Positions 1 through 12,546 of a stretch of DNA of 64,000 nt are shown here, in pieces. The stretch is taken from NCBI GenBank assembly GCA_013265495.1, contig MU058418.1, positions 372,001-436,000 on the forward strand, in the 5' to 3' direction. Made by a program: the position numbers and the translations under genes. Source of the DNA: Vicugna vicugna. Its lineage: Eukaryota. Numbering within the stretch: the stretch's first letter is position 1; every line of letters begins with the position of its first letter. A model generated the notes under the pieces. The model was not told the origin of the DNA. It saw only the letters and a list, made by a program, of their open reading frames with translations, and made no database searches.

Positions 1-9
1 GCAGGCATG

Positions 10-190
10 TGCTGTCTACATGCATATGTTCTAATCCTCCACAAACCATGCAAGGTAACTAGTAATATCTCACTACATATGAGGAAAACTAGCACGAAAG
101 CTTAGAAAAGTTAAGTAATTACTACTTACACTATTCAACCAGTAATGTAAATGCTAAAATTAGGCATAATTTGGACTCCAAAGCCCTGGA
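10..190 (-). mobile_element. MIR SINE remnant
   Basis: Degenerate reverse-complement MIR core (taatcctccaca...atgaggaaaact...aagttaagtaatt...gactccaaagcc). Confidence 0.55.
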
Positions 191-1199
191 GCCTTTGCAG
201 TCTTGTTACTTAATTATTTGTTCATAGGTACTCCTTACAAAGCTATGAGAACCTTGAGGGCCCTCAGGCTTGTTTAATCTTTGGATGCCTTGCACCCAGC
301 AGAGTAATTGACACAGAATAAGTCTAAAAAATGCAAGATGACAGAATAAATCACTTCAAGAAGTAGAGTAGCAGACACTATCTTATACAACTTATCCCAA
401 TAGATCTATTATTATTCCCAACTTTCCTCACCTCTCCTATTACCCATTTGCTGATTCAACCATTCAGCTCTGAAGTTTTGTCACTCTTCATAAATCAGTG
501 GATTCTTTGAAAGTGACAGCCACACAGGAGAAAAGCCCCAATACATTAAAAAACATGCAAACATGCTATGATTTATTTTAATGCAATGCTGAAAAGTTAC
601 TGCATATAAGAATTACGCCATACCTAAGGACCTATTTCTTAAGTTTCAAATAGAGAAGAACTCAATATATTGGAGTGTTTATGTCTTTTGTTTCTTCATC
701 TAGGAGAACTGACTGAATTCACTACTGTATCTGTGCCCATGAGAGAAGGCTGCCCTCAGTTTGAACAGAGAGTAAGGGTAGTTGCAGATGGAGAGCTGAG
801 GTAGGACGGCAGAATTAGAGCGTGAGAGATAATTTCTGAGATTCATGCTCAAGAATTCAGAATTCTAACTTATGCCAGTGGTTCAAATCACAATCTTTTG
901 GTGAATTTATAATAAATTTTATGAAAAAATTTATCACCCGCAAGAGATCATCACCCTTGATTTAGCTCAAAGTACCTCAAAGTAAAACTGAATGGGAAAG
1001 AATCAGCACTGCCCAGACCCCCGCCAGGGTAAGAATTCCTTCCAGAGCTAAAACTTAGAGGGACAGTTTGTTTTACTACTTTATTATTCCACTTTTAATA
1101 TATCCAGCTCTAATAAATCAATCCAGAAAATGTAAGCATAAAAGATGAATGTCAAATCTAACATACATGAGGTGGGTTGATTGATATGATTTCTAATGC

Positions 1200-1410
1200 T
1201 TGTGGCTGTGACCTCTAGTCAAAAATTTTTTAAAAATTTACATACAGATAACTGAAACAGAAGAACCGACTATAATGTGCACAATTTTTGCCAAAGAACT
1301 ATAGGAATACCCTGATCTTTTCTATTCTTTTTAAATGCTGACTGTAACCTGCTAAATTGACTTTGTGAGCCATTAATGAGTTGCAACCTGCAGTTTTTTG
1401 AAAAATCGTA
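1200..1410 (-). mobile_element. hAT-Charlie non-autonomous remnant (MER103C-like)
   Basis: aaatgctg...ctaaattgactttgtgagccattaatgagttgcaacctgcagtt..tgaaaaa is the reverse complement of the recalled MER103C left end. Confidence 0.5.
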
Positions 1411-1567
1411 TTTTAAGTCATGTAACGTATATGATATATAAGAACTGGAAGTAAATATAAAATTAATTAAATAGGAATAGAATTATCACTATTTAAAAAC
1501 AGAAAATCTCTTCATATACTAGACCAAATTTAGTGTTGCAACAAAGCACTACAATTTTTTAAATGAA

Positions 1568-1692
1568 GGAGTAGGGTATAGCTCAGCGGTAGAGGACAAG
1601 GTCCTAGGTTCATTCCCCAAGACCTCCATTAAAATAAGTAAATAAACCTAATTATCTCCCCCCTCCAAAAATTAAAATTAAAATTAAAAAAA
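1568..1692 (+). mobile_element. Vic-1-type camelid tRNA-derived SINE with internal deletion
   Basis: ggagtagggtatagctcagcggtagag (A box), aggtcctaggttcattccc (B box), tail aataaacctaattatctccccc, A-rich end. Approximate TSD aatttt(tt)aaatga / aattttaatga. Confidence 0.8.
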
Positions 1693-1699
1693 TTTTAAT

Positions 1700-1950
1700 G
1701 ACATGGGAAAATACTTAAGATGTTAAATGAAAAGACAGAATATAAAACTTTGTATATATACAATATCTCAATTATGCTTCAATATTTGCACATATATACA
1801 TATAAACAAGGTCAAGGGAAAAAACTAGGACTAAATATGACAAAACATTAACATTTAAAATCTGGGTGTCATTATATAGGTGCTCAATACACAAAGGATC
1901 CATGTATTTTTCTGTGTCTTTAAAATATTTTATTTAAAAAAAAAAAAACA
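1700..1950 (+). mobile_element. Ancient L1M 3' UTR remnant
   Basis: atgacatgggaaaatactta...ttaaatgaaaagacagaatataaaac...tatacaatatctcaattatg resembles L1MC/ME 3' ends; ends in an A tract. Confidence 0.5.
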
Positions 1951-4489
1951 GGAAGAAAACACCCCTAAACAGTAATAAGTGTTAATCAATGCATTTTCAG
2001 ATTAAGGGTGACTTATTTTCCAAATTGCACAAAAGCAATAATTGAATTTTCAAAATAACAGAATTTTAAGACTGCAGATGACTTACTACATAATAGTTGT
2101 GTTTCTCATTTGAAGAAAAAAATATAACCCACATTTAATGAACCCTGGAAACCTATGCTGGGTGCCTTTTGAGCTCTCGTATTTCATCTTTAATTTCTCT
2201 AAGGTTTAGATACAAGGTCAAAGTTTAAATGGTATCAAAGAAGTGATGTTAAAAAATACATGATTAGCAATTCAACAACAGTAATATTACTCAGTTGTAA
2301 AAGAAAAATATTAACACTTATGTATATTGTTTTAAAGCACTATAATTTGAAGGAGACTAAAAATAGTCTGTATGCCACAGATTTTCATATAAAATTAGCA
2401 GAAGAACTAGAGGTTAATTTCCATTGACAAAATGACCCAAATTGTATTATTTCTGCCATATCTATCCTGGGACTAAAATGCCCTAGACTTGAAACAACTT
2501 TAGGGCCTGAGGTGACCAGCCTTTAGAATCTGAGAGCTGTAGCAGCCACTGACATGGCTCGAGGGCCACAAGCACATCCCACCCACATTAAATTCCAGAG
2601 GGACAGCCGGGCGAAGGAACTGCCGCACCAAAGCTCTCCCAAAGCTGCAATTAGGCTTGATGGGCATGTGGCTAAAGACAGGCGCTGCAGAGAAAGGAAT
2701 AGGAGAAAAGAGAAAGTAGAACGGGGGTAGGGCAGAGGGGCTGCTGAGCAGGAGGGAAATCAAGCCGGGAGCTTTTGGAAATAGTTAATAAATGAACCCC
2801 AGTAGTTTAATGAAATACAGTTGAAATAAAAAAGAGGTATAAAATAATGCTATAATCAGTCAGGTTTGTAGCAAGATGTAGGCTGGCCACCTTAGAATTA
2901 AACTACCTCCAGGAAAAAAAAGAGCCAATAAAGATTAACCCACTCAAACGATAATTGAAGATTTACTTTAAAATAGTAACGTAATAAAAACAAACCATTA
3001 AAATATATTTTGGTCACACTAAAAACTCTGTTAAAATGATCTCATACAATAAGTTTTACATAAGACCGCTTTGTCCACATTAAAAAAAAAAGAATCAATT
3101 TAGTGTTGAAGCAAAGGGGCAGAAAACTTGAGTACAGGAATATAGGCATCGTTACACCATACAGACACACAAGACTCACACCACCACTCAAGCAGGGACA
3201 CTGGCTAAGAGTTAACACACTGTGAATCACACCTCCCGCTACCACAGTCCGTCTGTGCACAGAATAAATCAACCAAACGTGAGTGAGTATTCCCTTGATG
3301 TTCAGTGCTTTTCCCAACTTGCGGTCCAGATTTCAAAAGACTCTGCCACTCAAATGCAAGAGAACAACTCTCAGATTAATCTTCTATAATTTTCTTTGGT
3401 TTTACTCGGGTACAAGCACATTTTTATTAAAAAGAATATCTCAATGTAAGTAATAAATATTTATTTAGCACTTGGTGTATCAGTCCTATTAGCTAGTGAT
3501 GGTGGTTCAACTGCAAAATTTAGAATATTTACATTAGGACAGGTTGGAAAAGACAAAGGACAGAAGATCATTCAATTAACTTTATACAATATATTATTAA
3601 AAGACTAAAGCCAAATGTAAAGGATACAACAGCAGATGGGGAAGCCAGTAAAAACAAGCAAGTTTGAGAAAAATTTTTAAACACTTTATAGAGAAACAGA
3701 TAATACCTCAAAGGCAAACTGAATTGGGAGTAGAGGGATAGCAAAGTGAAATACAGTATTGATTTTAGCAGGAGAAGTAAGTTTTTAAAAAAATGAATGG
3801 AAAAAACAATCAAAACCTAAAACTATATTACTGTAACCTAATGGTTCAGAAATCAAGTGCAAAATTTTCAGGAGAATCTCCTTTATTTTTCCAAAATTGA
3901 CACTGACATCAAGGTATAGGAGATCAAAACATGGGAGAATAAGACGTGATGGGTGGCAGGACACAGACTACTTGTGTTCATCTTCCACAGAAGGAATTTC
4001 CACCAGAGAAAAGATCCCATGTTTGGCTGCCTAAGTTCAAACCTATTGGCTCTCAAAATCAGAAATATTGCCACTGATATAACACTAATATCTTACAGGT
4101 ATTTAAAACAGCTACCAACAGAGGTAGTAAACAGAAATGATTACTATGATAGTAACATTTCTCAAATAATGTGTGTTAATAGGAAAATATGACTTTTATA
4201 GGAAAGCATGATTTGATTTTTTAAAAGTTTAATTTACATGACATTAATTATTAGGATGATTATTAGGATTATTGTGCATTAATTAATAGGATAGCACCTA
4301 CCGAATTAAGAGAGAGACACCTGGAACAAATCACATACAGGTTATTCTAGCCAATTTCATCCTCAGAGAACAGTTAACATTTACTCTACTCTAGCAGGTC
4401 AAAAGGGCCTGGGAAGAAATCCTTTATTTACCAGGTTGCCAGCAAGCTACCTGGAGGGAGACTGTCTCCTCCACACTGGTATATCCTCA

Positions 4490-4785
4490 AGCCTTTTTGG
4501 GGACCAGCTCACCTAACCTGACAATTATCCTGTGAGGTGGTAGTTTCTCTCATTTTATTGATAGGATACTGAGGCTCACAGAGAAAGTTTATTTCCTCCA
4601 CATCAGTGATTAACAATGATAAACTACATATTTGTATTCATTTATTTTGGTTATTATTTGTCTTCCTTGACTAGAATGTAAGCATGTTACAGTGTATTTA
4701 CTTTCCCACAGTTGTATCTCCAGTGCTTAGAAAAGTGCCTGGTACAAATAGACATTCAATAAATACTCGATGAATTAATTAAAAA
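4490..4785. mobile_element. MIR fragment (-) followed by L2 3' end (+)
   Basis: ctcattttattgataggatactgaggctcacagag (MIR); gactagaatgtaagc...gtatctccagtgcttagaaaagtgcctggtaca...caataaatactcgatgaattaat (L2 tail). Confidence 0.65.
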
Positions 4786-5989
4786 GGGAACCTGCCCATA
4801 ACTATATAGCTAATAAGAGAGACAATCAGATGTCTACCTCCAAATGCAACCTAGAAAAATAATAATCGCAGCAGCATTAAAATACAAAGAGTATAAAAAG
4901 AAGCGATGGCTTAGAATTAGGGCTTCAGAAGTATCTTTTAGGTAAGAGATGTGAAAATATCTTTAAAATTCATTTCTCCAAAGCACCTCCTTGAAACTTC
5001 TCTTGATTTCGTGTCTGGTGCACTGAGAGCTGGACAAGAAGTTGGGGGCTGCCTTCTCCTTATAGGCAAGTTCAACAAGACTTCCAAGTAGCACAGAGAC
5101 AGAGGATTTGTGGTCCATTAAACACAGAGACATGGGAAGCCTTGAATAGCCCCCATTCACACAGAGGCTGAGAAAAGTTGGCACAAGTAGCGAAAAGTGC
5201 AGTCCAGGTTAAAAACCACAACTAAAAAACAACAACAACAAAAACCCTCACAGACTGCAGGAGTAGCCAGGGTCTACACCACAGCCAAAGAGTCGTACAC
5301 TGAAATGAGGATCTGCACAGGCCCACCTTGTGGCTTATGGCTCTGTGCCCTTCTGGTGGCCTGCGACAGTCAATTCTCTAAAATAGTCCACAAAATTATA
5401 ACTTTTAGGGAAGGAGGAGATCACATTTTTCATCATTCTTTGCTGAACACCTCGGGTCCTTTCCTTGAAATTGGGCAGAATGTAAATTTCTCTATGGAAA
5501 TAGTTGATTGAAGGGCTACTTAGTTTTAAAAAATTTACATGCATTCTGTTTTTACTTCTAGGCATATATTAAGACAGGAAATTTATGTCTAGAGACTTTT
5601 TGTTCTTATCCTAATAGCTGTATTTAATCCTAACTCATACTAAAATAATTCATTTTTAAAAAGTAAGAAAAAGTAAAGGACAGCTCTATAGCTATAAAGT
5701 GCTGGGAAATGTGAAAATGCTGTATGTAGTCACATTAGGCTTTGCCTTGTGAGAATGCCATTTCTCCCCTTCCCCTAGTTTTCCTTCCCCAAAACTTGTA
5801 GGCCATGGACTGAAAATAATAGCCTATTTATTTCACTAGAAATAAGAAAAAGTAATGAAATAAGGCATAGATTCTCCCCTCCCCTAAATAAGGCAATGGA
5901 ACCTATGGACCTATCTGCCTATCCTTTTGACTGACTTTTGAGGGGCAAGGGGATGGGCAATGGGAATGGGAGATTATGGAGCAAGTTAC

Positions 5990-6200
5990 CATTTTTACAA
6001 CACATACTGGGAGCTATACACTTTACATGCACTCAACAACTCTCACAACTCTATGAAGTAGGTACTACAGTTATCTCCACTTTACAAGTGAGAAAGTTGA
6101 GGCTTAGAGATAGGTTCGCTTCTTGTCCCAGGTCAAAAGTAAGTGGGAAAGGCAGAATTCGGAATTGGGACTATTTGACTCCAAAGTTGCTACTTTAATT
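5990..6200 (-). mobile_element. MIR SINE
   Basis: ctcacaactctatgaagtaggtacta..atctccactttacaagtgagaaagttgaggcttagaga...tgactccaaag. Confidence 0.7.
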
Positions 6201-7247
6201 ACTGCTTATTCATTGAATTTCTTTGGTTCCCAGAAACCAACAGTGTTGAGGTAAGGAAATAACTCCAATATCAAAGGGCAGATGAAATTTAGGAGCAAAA
6301 TTTAGCACGTAAAATGCTAAGCATACTCCCCGGCACAATATGTGCACAATGTGCATCAGTTACTTCTATTGTCAGTATTATTGTTGTCCACATAGCCAAT
6401 GACTTTTGGCTTTAGTGAAAGCTAGAACAGATGCAATCCTATTACACCTGCCCCAGTGTAAAAATGTTAAGAATAACTTCTGAGACATTGAAAAGAAGAT
6501 TTTTTTTAAAAAAAGAATATAGCAAAAAGCTTCTTGAGTGTCTATGCAGACACCAGGTTTGTATAAACAAAACATGTGGGTGTACACAATCATGTGGGAT
6601 TAGGAAAAATTAGTTCTAGATTTTCATTTACAGTAAGAACAACAGTAAAACATGTATTTCACTTCTTTCTTCCTTAGGCAGGATTCCCAGGAATATCAGT
6701 TGGTTTTATTCATGGTTATTATAACAAAGTATTTTTTAGTAGCCACACTATCTAAAGGCAGAACCATTGTGTTTAAAGTCAAGTACTCACCTGCTGTAAT
6801 TTTTCTCGTATTTACTAATATGACAGCAATAATTAAACGTGGTTAGCCATTGTAACTACATCAAAAATGCTTTTCCTCCTCAGATACCATGTTATTATAT
6901 TTGTCACCTCTCAACTCCTTTCTATTGTTAACACCAATAGTTTTCCTGAAGAAGTAAAGCCTTTACTTATAAAGATAGGTGGCAGCCTTCAATAGGATAG
7001 TGTTAACATTTTCTCCCCAGTTCTTGAAAATGCCAAAAAAATTCTCAAGAGTCCCTCAGTTTAATTCATGAAATCCTGAGGCAAAATATCAGCCTAGAAA
7101 TAATAATGAATTTTACAGAGAAATGACTTTAAGAAAATCATTGGAAAATTTTAAATGTATTTTTCTATTCTTTCTCTCAGGAAAAAAAGCTTATGACTTT
7201 AAAAGGTTGGAGAATTTAAGCAAACACTCAGTGGTTTTGGAAATGTG

Positions 7248-7261
7248 GTTTCCATGGCAAC
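7248..7261. promoter_or_regulatory. Consensus RFX X-box GTTTCCATGGCAAC
   Basis: Exact match to GTTNCCATGGNAAC in repeat-free sequence. Confidence 0.65.
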
Positions 7262-8822
7262 CAACATGGTCTTCTTTATATAGCATTATAAACAGATGGT
7301 AAAGAGTGGTCATGTTTGTTTCTTTGCCAGTATATCAATAAAACTGCTGTAATATAGTATTGGATACACGAACTATTTAATAAATTTAATATACTAACCA
7401 CAAGATCTAGTAATTTAGACAGACAAATATAATTAACTAGTATCTGGGTGGGTTTTTTTTTTTTCCTTTTTAATAAACACATGAGGATCTTGAACAGTGA
7501 AGTCACTATACTCCACAGAGTCAACAGTCTTCCTTGGCAAGACTTTGTACAAATGTTTTCTCAGCACTTGCCATGCAGGGCATATCACCACAAATATGAA
7601 TCTGATGAGGAGAAAATAATGTATTGAAATAATAAAAGTGGAACCATGTCTGTAAACATATTCCTTGGCCATCTTTTCTTAAGGAACAAATGAGAAATTA
7701 AGAAGCACAAAAGAGTTTCTTTACAATAAACAATAGGCTGTAAAGCAAATGGCAAAACCGCTGTTGTTTAAAAGTCAGATTCCATTTCATGCACAAAGTA
7801 GTGCCTTCAGAAATGCAGGTGCTCCAAACTCCACTGATTCGACTGTGGTAACTTGCTAGGTTCCATTTGCTAGAAAACTGAAATTAGCCAAGAAACTATA
7901 AATGTGATTAGTCTGGCAGTAAAAGTTTGAACAGCCAATTCCGCCACGAATTATCAACACATTTGAGGCAGTGACCCTGTGTCTGGAAGGCAGTCAGTCA
8001 GAAAGGGCTGTATGTGAGCCCGTGGCTCTGCAGGAGAGTTGGCAACCCTTCTCAATAGGCCCATCTTAGAGGCTCTGACATGTTTTCCAAGCAAGGCAAG
8101 GAATGCTTACCTTAAAAACACTTGGGACAATATTTACTATTTTAAATTATATAAATGGCCATTTTGATTTATACTTACAGAACATCTGGAAAACAGTGCC
8201 AGTATTACATTCTCCCTCTCACATATCTATCCCTAAATTTGGTGATTTTAATCATTTATAAATTCTTCTATGCTTCTCACACCAAAGCAAGTTCATTGGA
8301 AATGAGATATTTCATTTTGCAGAAATATCCATGATGGAAATACAGGAAAAGGGTATGCATATTTATGAAAGGAGTGAATCTGAATGACATAAAGTATATC
8401 ATGGTTTAACTGAAAGACAAAAAAAAATTTCAATTAAAACATTTTAAGACTGGTAGAAACTGTCTCAGATTTATATTTGATTCAAAACTTGGAAAAAAAA
8501 TTTAAATTATGTATCTTGGATGAGCTACAGTAAACTCCACAGTCTAGCAAAAACTGCTCCTAGTATACAATTTGGGGGAATTATTTAAACCTGGAGAACC
8601 CAGGAAAGAGCCTCCTTTCTCACATGAGGCTGGAGAGTCTCTAACAAGTTGCCAAGCTCATCCACCCCAATAAAACATGCCTACCTATAGCAAGTGATCA
8701 CTACCTGAGTGACAACATAACCAGAAGTCCTTTTCAGAGGGTTTTCAGCTTACCTTCTATAGCACTTGTATTGTGGGAGAGTATTTAGCAACTGATAGCC
8801 CCTAGTTTAGGTTAACTTCTAA

Positions 8823-9041
8823 GAGTGGTTCTCAACCCCGGTGACAAAACAGAATCTCCTGCAAAGTTTTAAATATAACAATACCCACATCCTAGCATAT
8901 GCCAATTTAGGCAGAATCACCAGAGGTGGGGTCCAGGCATGGGTATTTCTTTTTCTTTTCTTTTTTTTTAAGGCATGAGTGTTTTAAAAATACTCCTCAG
9001 GTGTGATTTAAATATGCAGCCAGCATTAAAAAAAACACCAG
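8823..9041. mobile_element. MER5A (hAT-Charlie) interrupted by a poly(T) insertion
   Basis: agtggttctcaacc TIR, agaatcacc..ggtggggtccaggcat..ctcctcaggtgtgatttaaatatgcagccag. Confidence 0.75.
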
Positions 9042-11515
9042 AGGGACTAAGATTCACATTTCTCTTTACCCATGGTGAGAAAGAGGTCTCAAATCACCAC
9101 TTTCATCTTTTCAAGATACACAGTTCAGAGTTAGATTTCTTTTTCATTATAGAGAGGCACACGACTAAAGATCAGGAATTGCTGGACTGCTTTATTTAGT
9201 GTAGTAAATTTTATTATGAAGAAATTCAACAAAATGTAAGACTGAGGTGTGAAAAAACTTTTCTCATGAACTATTCTAGATAGTAATGTTTACCTCTTCC
9301 AAAGATTATCATTATCAGGAAGACTTGTGAATAGTGAATTTATTTTCACTCCTTTGGAGATATACTCAGAGCTGGTTATGATGTATTTATTCTCCACCTT
9401 GAACAGTCAAGAAAACAAATGCTTTCTGGGTTTCCAGTGCACTTAACAGATATTCTGAAGAAATGGCTTAAATGATCAGCAGTGTAATTCTCACTTATTA
9501 CTTCAGAGATATAATATACTTTTTTTCAAGAATGACATTTAAACTATCACCAACAGCAGTGAAAATGCAGGCATTTGGAGAAGGAAAAGCTGCCTAAGAA
9601 GGTTGCCTTTATCTTCTTCTGTAGTACACATTAAAAAAAAAATTTAAAAAACAACTTGTTAATATATTGTCCCCAAAAGAGAGTAGAAATGAATTCTGTA
9701 GATTACAAATGTTATTTCAAGCCACACATTCATAGCAAAATACTACCATGTAGAAAAATGCAAAGGTCTGGTAGATTGTGATAATAGTACTTCATATATT
9801 TATGGTTTTCTCCTTTCAAATTATTTGTAAGAAGACCAATGACTTTTTGCTTGCTATGAAATAGCAAACAGAAATAAAATAACCCAAAACTCTCCAAATT
9901 GTCAGTGATAGAGAACAGGGAGGAGAGTACACAGCTACATAATCTCAGAGGATAAATCATGATAACACAAGAGCCTTGGAGATGATTTCTACATTTTTGT
10001 TTGTGTTTCTTACATTTCCACTGGCTACTAAATTTTCAAGTCATTTATTCTTTCTTTGAGAAACTTTATTTGGCTATTTGTGTGTCTGGTGCTATTAACT
10101 CATCATAATTTTACATCAGATCCTCATAACATGATTGGGGTTTAATTCCAAAAGATATTCAAAACCCACAAAACAGGAAAAAAATTCACCCTAATGCATT
10201 TGGGAAGAAACAACCTATTAAAGGGAATAAGCGTGTCTGGTAGAATTCTAGAGATGACAGAAAACAGGAGGAAACAACATTTCTTAATGTTATTTAAATA
10301 TGCAAACAGGAGACAGGGAGATATGCTAGGACAGAGAATCAACAGGAACTCTAGTCTTCCTGCACATAAAATAGAGCTTCATTAACAACAAAGGAACAGG
10401 TGTCTTGGGACCCATTTATACAGGCTATTAACTATTATGAGCTGCTGGTATCCAAATTTATTTTAGTACTAGGCAACTGATTAAAAATAAATATAAATTT
10501 AAATTCCAACTATTAGCATGTGAAAGCAAGGCCTAGCTTTCCAGAGTCCAATTTAATACAAAGGTATTTTTCTATGGTCCTGATCACGGAGGATACCGAA
10601 GTTTAGGTACAATATTTCCCAAGTCCTTAAATAAAAATCTCCATATTAAACCTCATTTGAATTTTAAAAAAATGATGAGTGGCTTTCTGTCTTGAACTGA
10701 CAAGACCAAACAAGTTTTGTTCACTAAGAACTAAATTTTTATTCAGACTTAAACAGGTAATGAAACAAACACGCATCTATCTTTTCAAAACTAGATTAGG
10801 GAATCACATACACTCCTACTCTATTCAGTGCATTTCACCACATTATATACTACTTATTCTGAAAACATACATAGCAGTGGTTATCCTCTGATAATTTTTA
10901 CTATCTTATCTATAAATACCAATTAAAATTTGAACATTTATGAGAAATCATCTACACATCTTAATAAAAATACTTGGAATGTTAAGAGTTGGAACTGCAG
11001 CAGGGATAATCCAGTTCAATACACTTTTTCAATACAAGAAAATAAGGTACAATGAGGCTAATTTGCCTAAAGTAAAAATGATAGCACTATCTGATCACAT
11101 AAACTGTCAAAATACTATTATACTGTAATGCAGTATAATAGTACTTATCTCCCAAAGATGTTAGGAAAATTCAATGCATTAATTATTGTTGTTGATGTTA
11201 TTTCAAATTATTACATTTACCTGCATCTAGTTTCTTTTTTAATCATTTGGTTTATAAACTTATATATGTTCTGATAGTGATATTATTTCTACTTATTCCA
11301 GAAGTATTAAGTGATTACACTTTTTGCATCTTACTCTATGGGGAATAAAGATGGTACTGCATGATCTGTAACCACAAATATCTAGTAAAAGCCACTGTAG
11401 AAATGAAATGGTTAAAAGTTTGAGAGACTGATGAAAAAGTCAGTAATAGAATCATTATTTTTAAAAATATGGTGATATTTTAAAAGGAAATAATTTGATA
11501 AAACCAGCATTTCTC

Positions 11516-12544
11516 TGATGCAACTGACAAAGGTTTAATTTCCAGAATATATAAGCAGCTCATACAACTTAATAACAAACAAACAAACAAAAAACCAATC
11601 CAAAAATGGGCAGAAGACCTAAACAAGCAATTCTCCAATGAAGACATAGAAATGGCCAATAAGCACTTGAAAAAATGCTCAGTATTGCTACATATCAAAG
11701 AAATGCAAATCAAAACTACAATGAGATATCACCTCACACCAGTCAGAATGGCCATCATTCAAAAGTCCACAAATGATAAATGCTGGAGAGGGTGTGGAAA
11801 AAAGGGAACCCTCCTACATGACTGGTGGGATTGCAGTTTGGTGCAGCCATTATGGAAAACAGTATGGAGGTTCCTTAAAAAGCTAAAAACAGACTTAACC
11901 TATGATCCAGCAATCTCACTCCTGGGCATATATCCAGAGGGAACTCTAATTTGAAAAGATACATGCACCCCAATGTTCATAGCAGCACTACATACAATAG
12001 CCAAGACATGGAAACAACCTAAATGTGCACTGACAGATGACTGGATAAAGAAGTTGTGGTATATTTATACAATGGAATACTACTCAGCAATAAAAAATAC
12101 AACAGTGCCATTTGCAGCAACATGGATGGACCTGAAGATCGTCATTCTAAGTGAATTAAGCTAGAAAGAGAAAGAAAAATACCATATAATATAACTCATA
12201 TGTAGAATCTAAAAAATAAAAAAGAAGACACTAATGAACTTATCTACAAAACAGAAACAGACTCCCAGACATAGTAAACAATCTTATGGTTACTGGGGGA
12301 AATGTGATGGGAAGGGATAAATTTGGGGGTTTGAGATTTGCAAATGTCACTATGTAAAAAAACAGATAAACAACAAATTTCTTCTGTATAGCATAGGGAA
12401 CTATATTCAATATCTTGCAGTAACCTTTAATGAAAAAGATTATGAAAATGAATATATGGATACATGTATGACTGAAACATTATGCTGTACACCAGAAACT
12501 AATGTATTATAACGGACTATACTTCAAATAAGGGGGGAAAAAAG
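11516..12544 (+). mobile_element. 5'-truncated young L1 (ORF2 C-terminus + 3' UTR), camelid-type
   Basis: ORFs 11652-11954 and 11973-12164 encode the L1 ORF2p C-terminus ([20 protein letters not shown]...CWRGC...[13 protein letters not shown]...YTMEYYSAIK), broken by stops. TSD ACCAGCATTTCTC at 11503-11515 and 12545-12557. Confidence 0.95.
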
Positions 12545-12546
12545 AC

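Noticed and set aside
5343..5361. CTCF-like motifs (also 12806-12820 and 56086-56100)
   Set aside because: Each has about three mismatches in the GGC end of the CCASYAGRKGGCRS core.
8105..8190. Recursive splice site (tgtttttaag|gtaagc) or 75-nt/7-nt cryptic exon on the minus strand
   Set aside because: AAG rather than YAG acceptor, short pyrimidine tracts; such matches are expected by chance in 59 kb.
11652..12164. Functional reverse transcriptase gene
   Set aside because: Only the L1 ORF2 C-terminus of a 5'-truncated copy with internal stops. The TGA shared with the copy at ~20005 is most simply parallel CGA>TGA decay.
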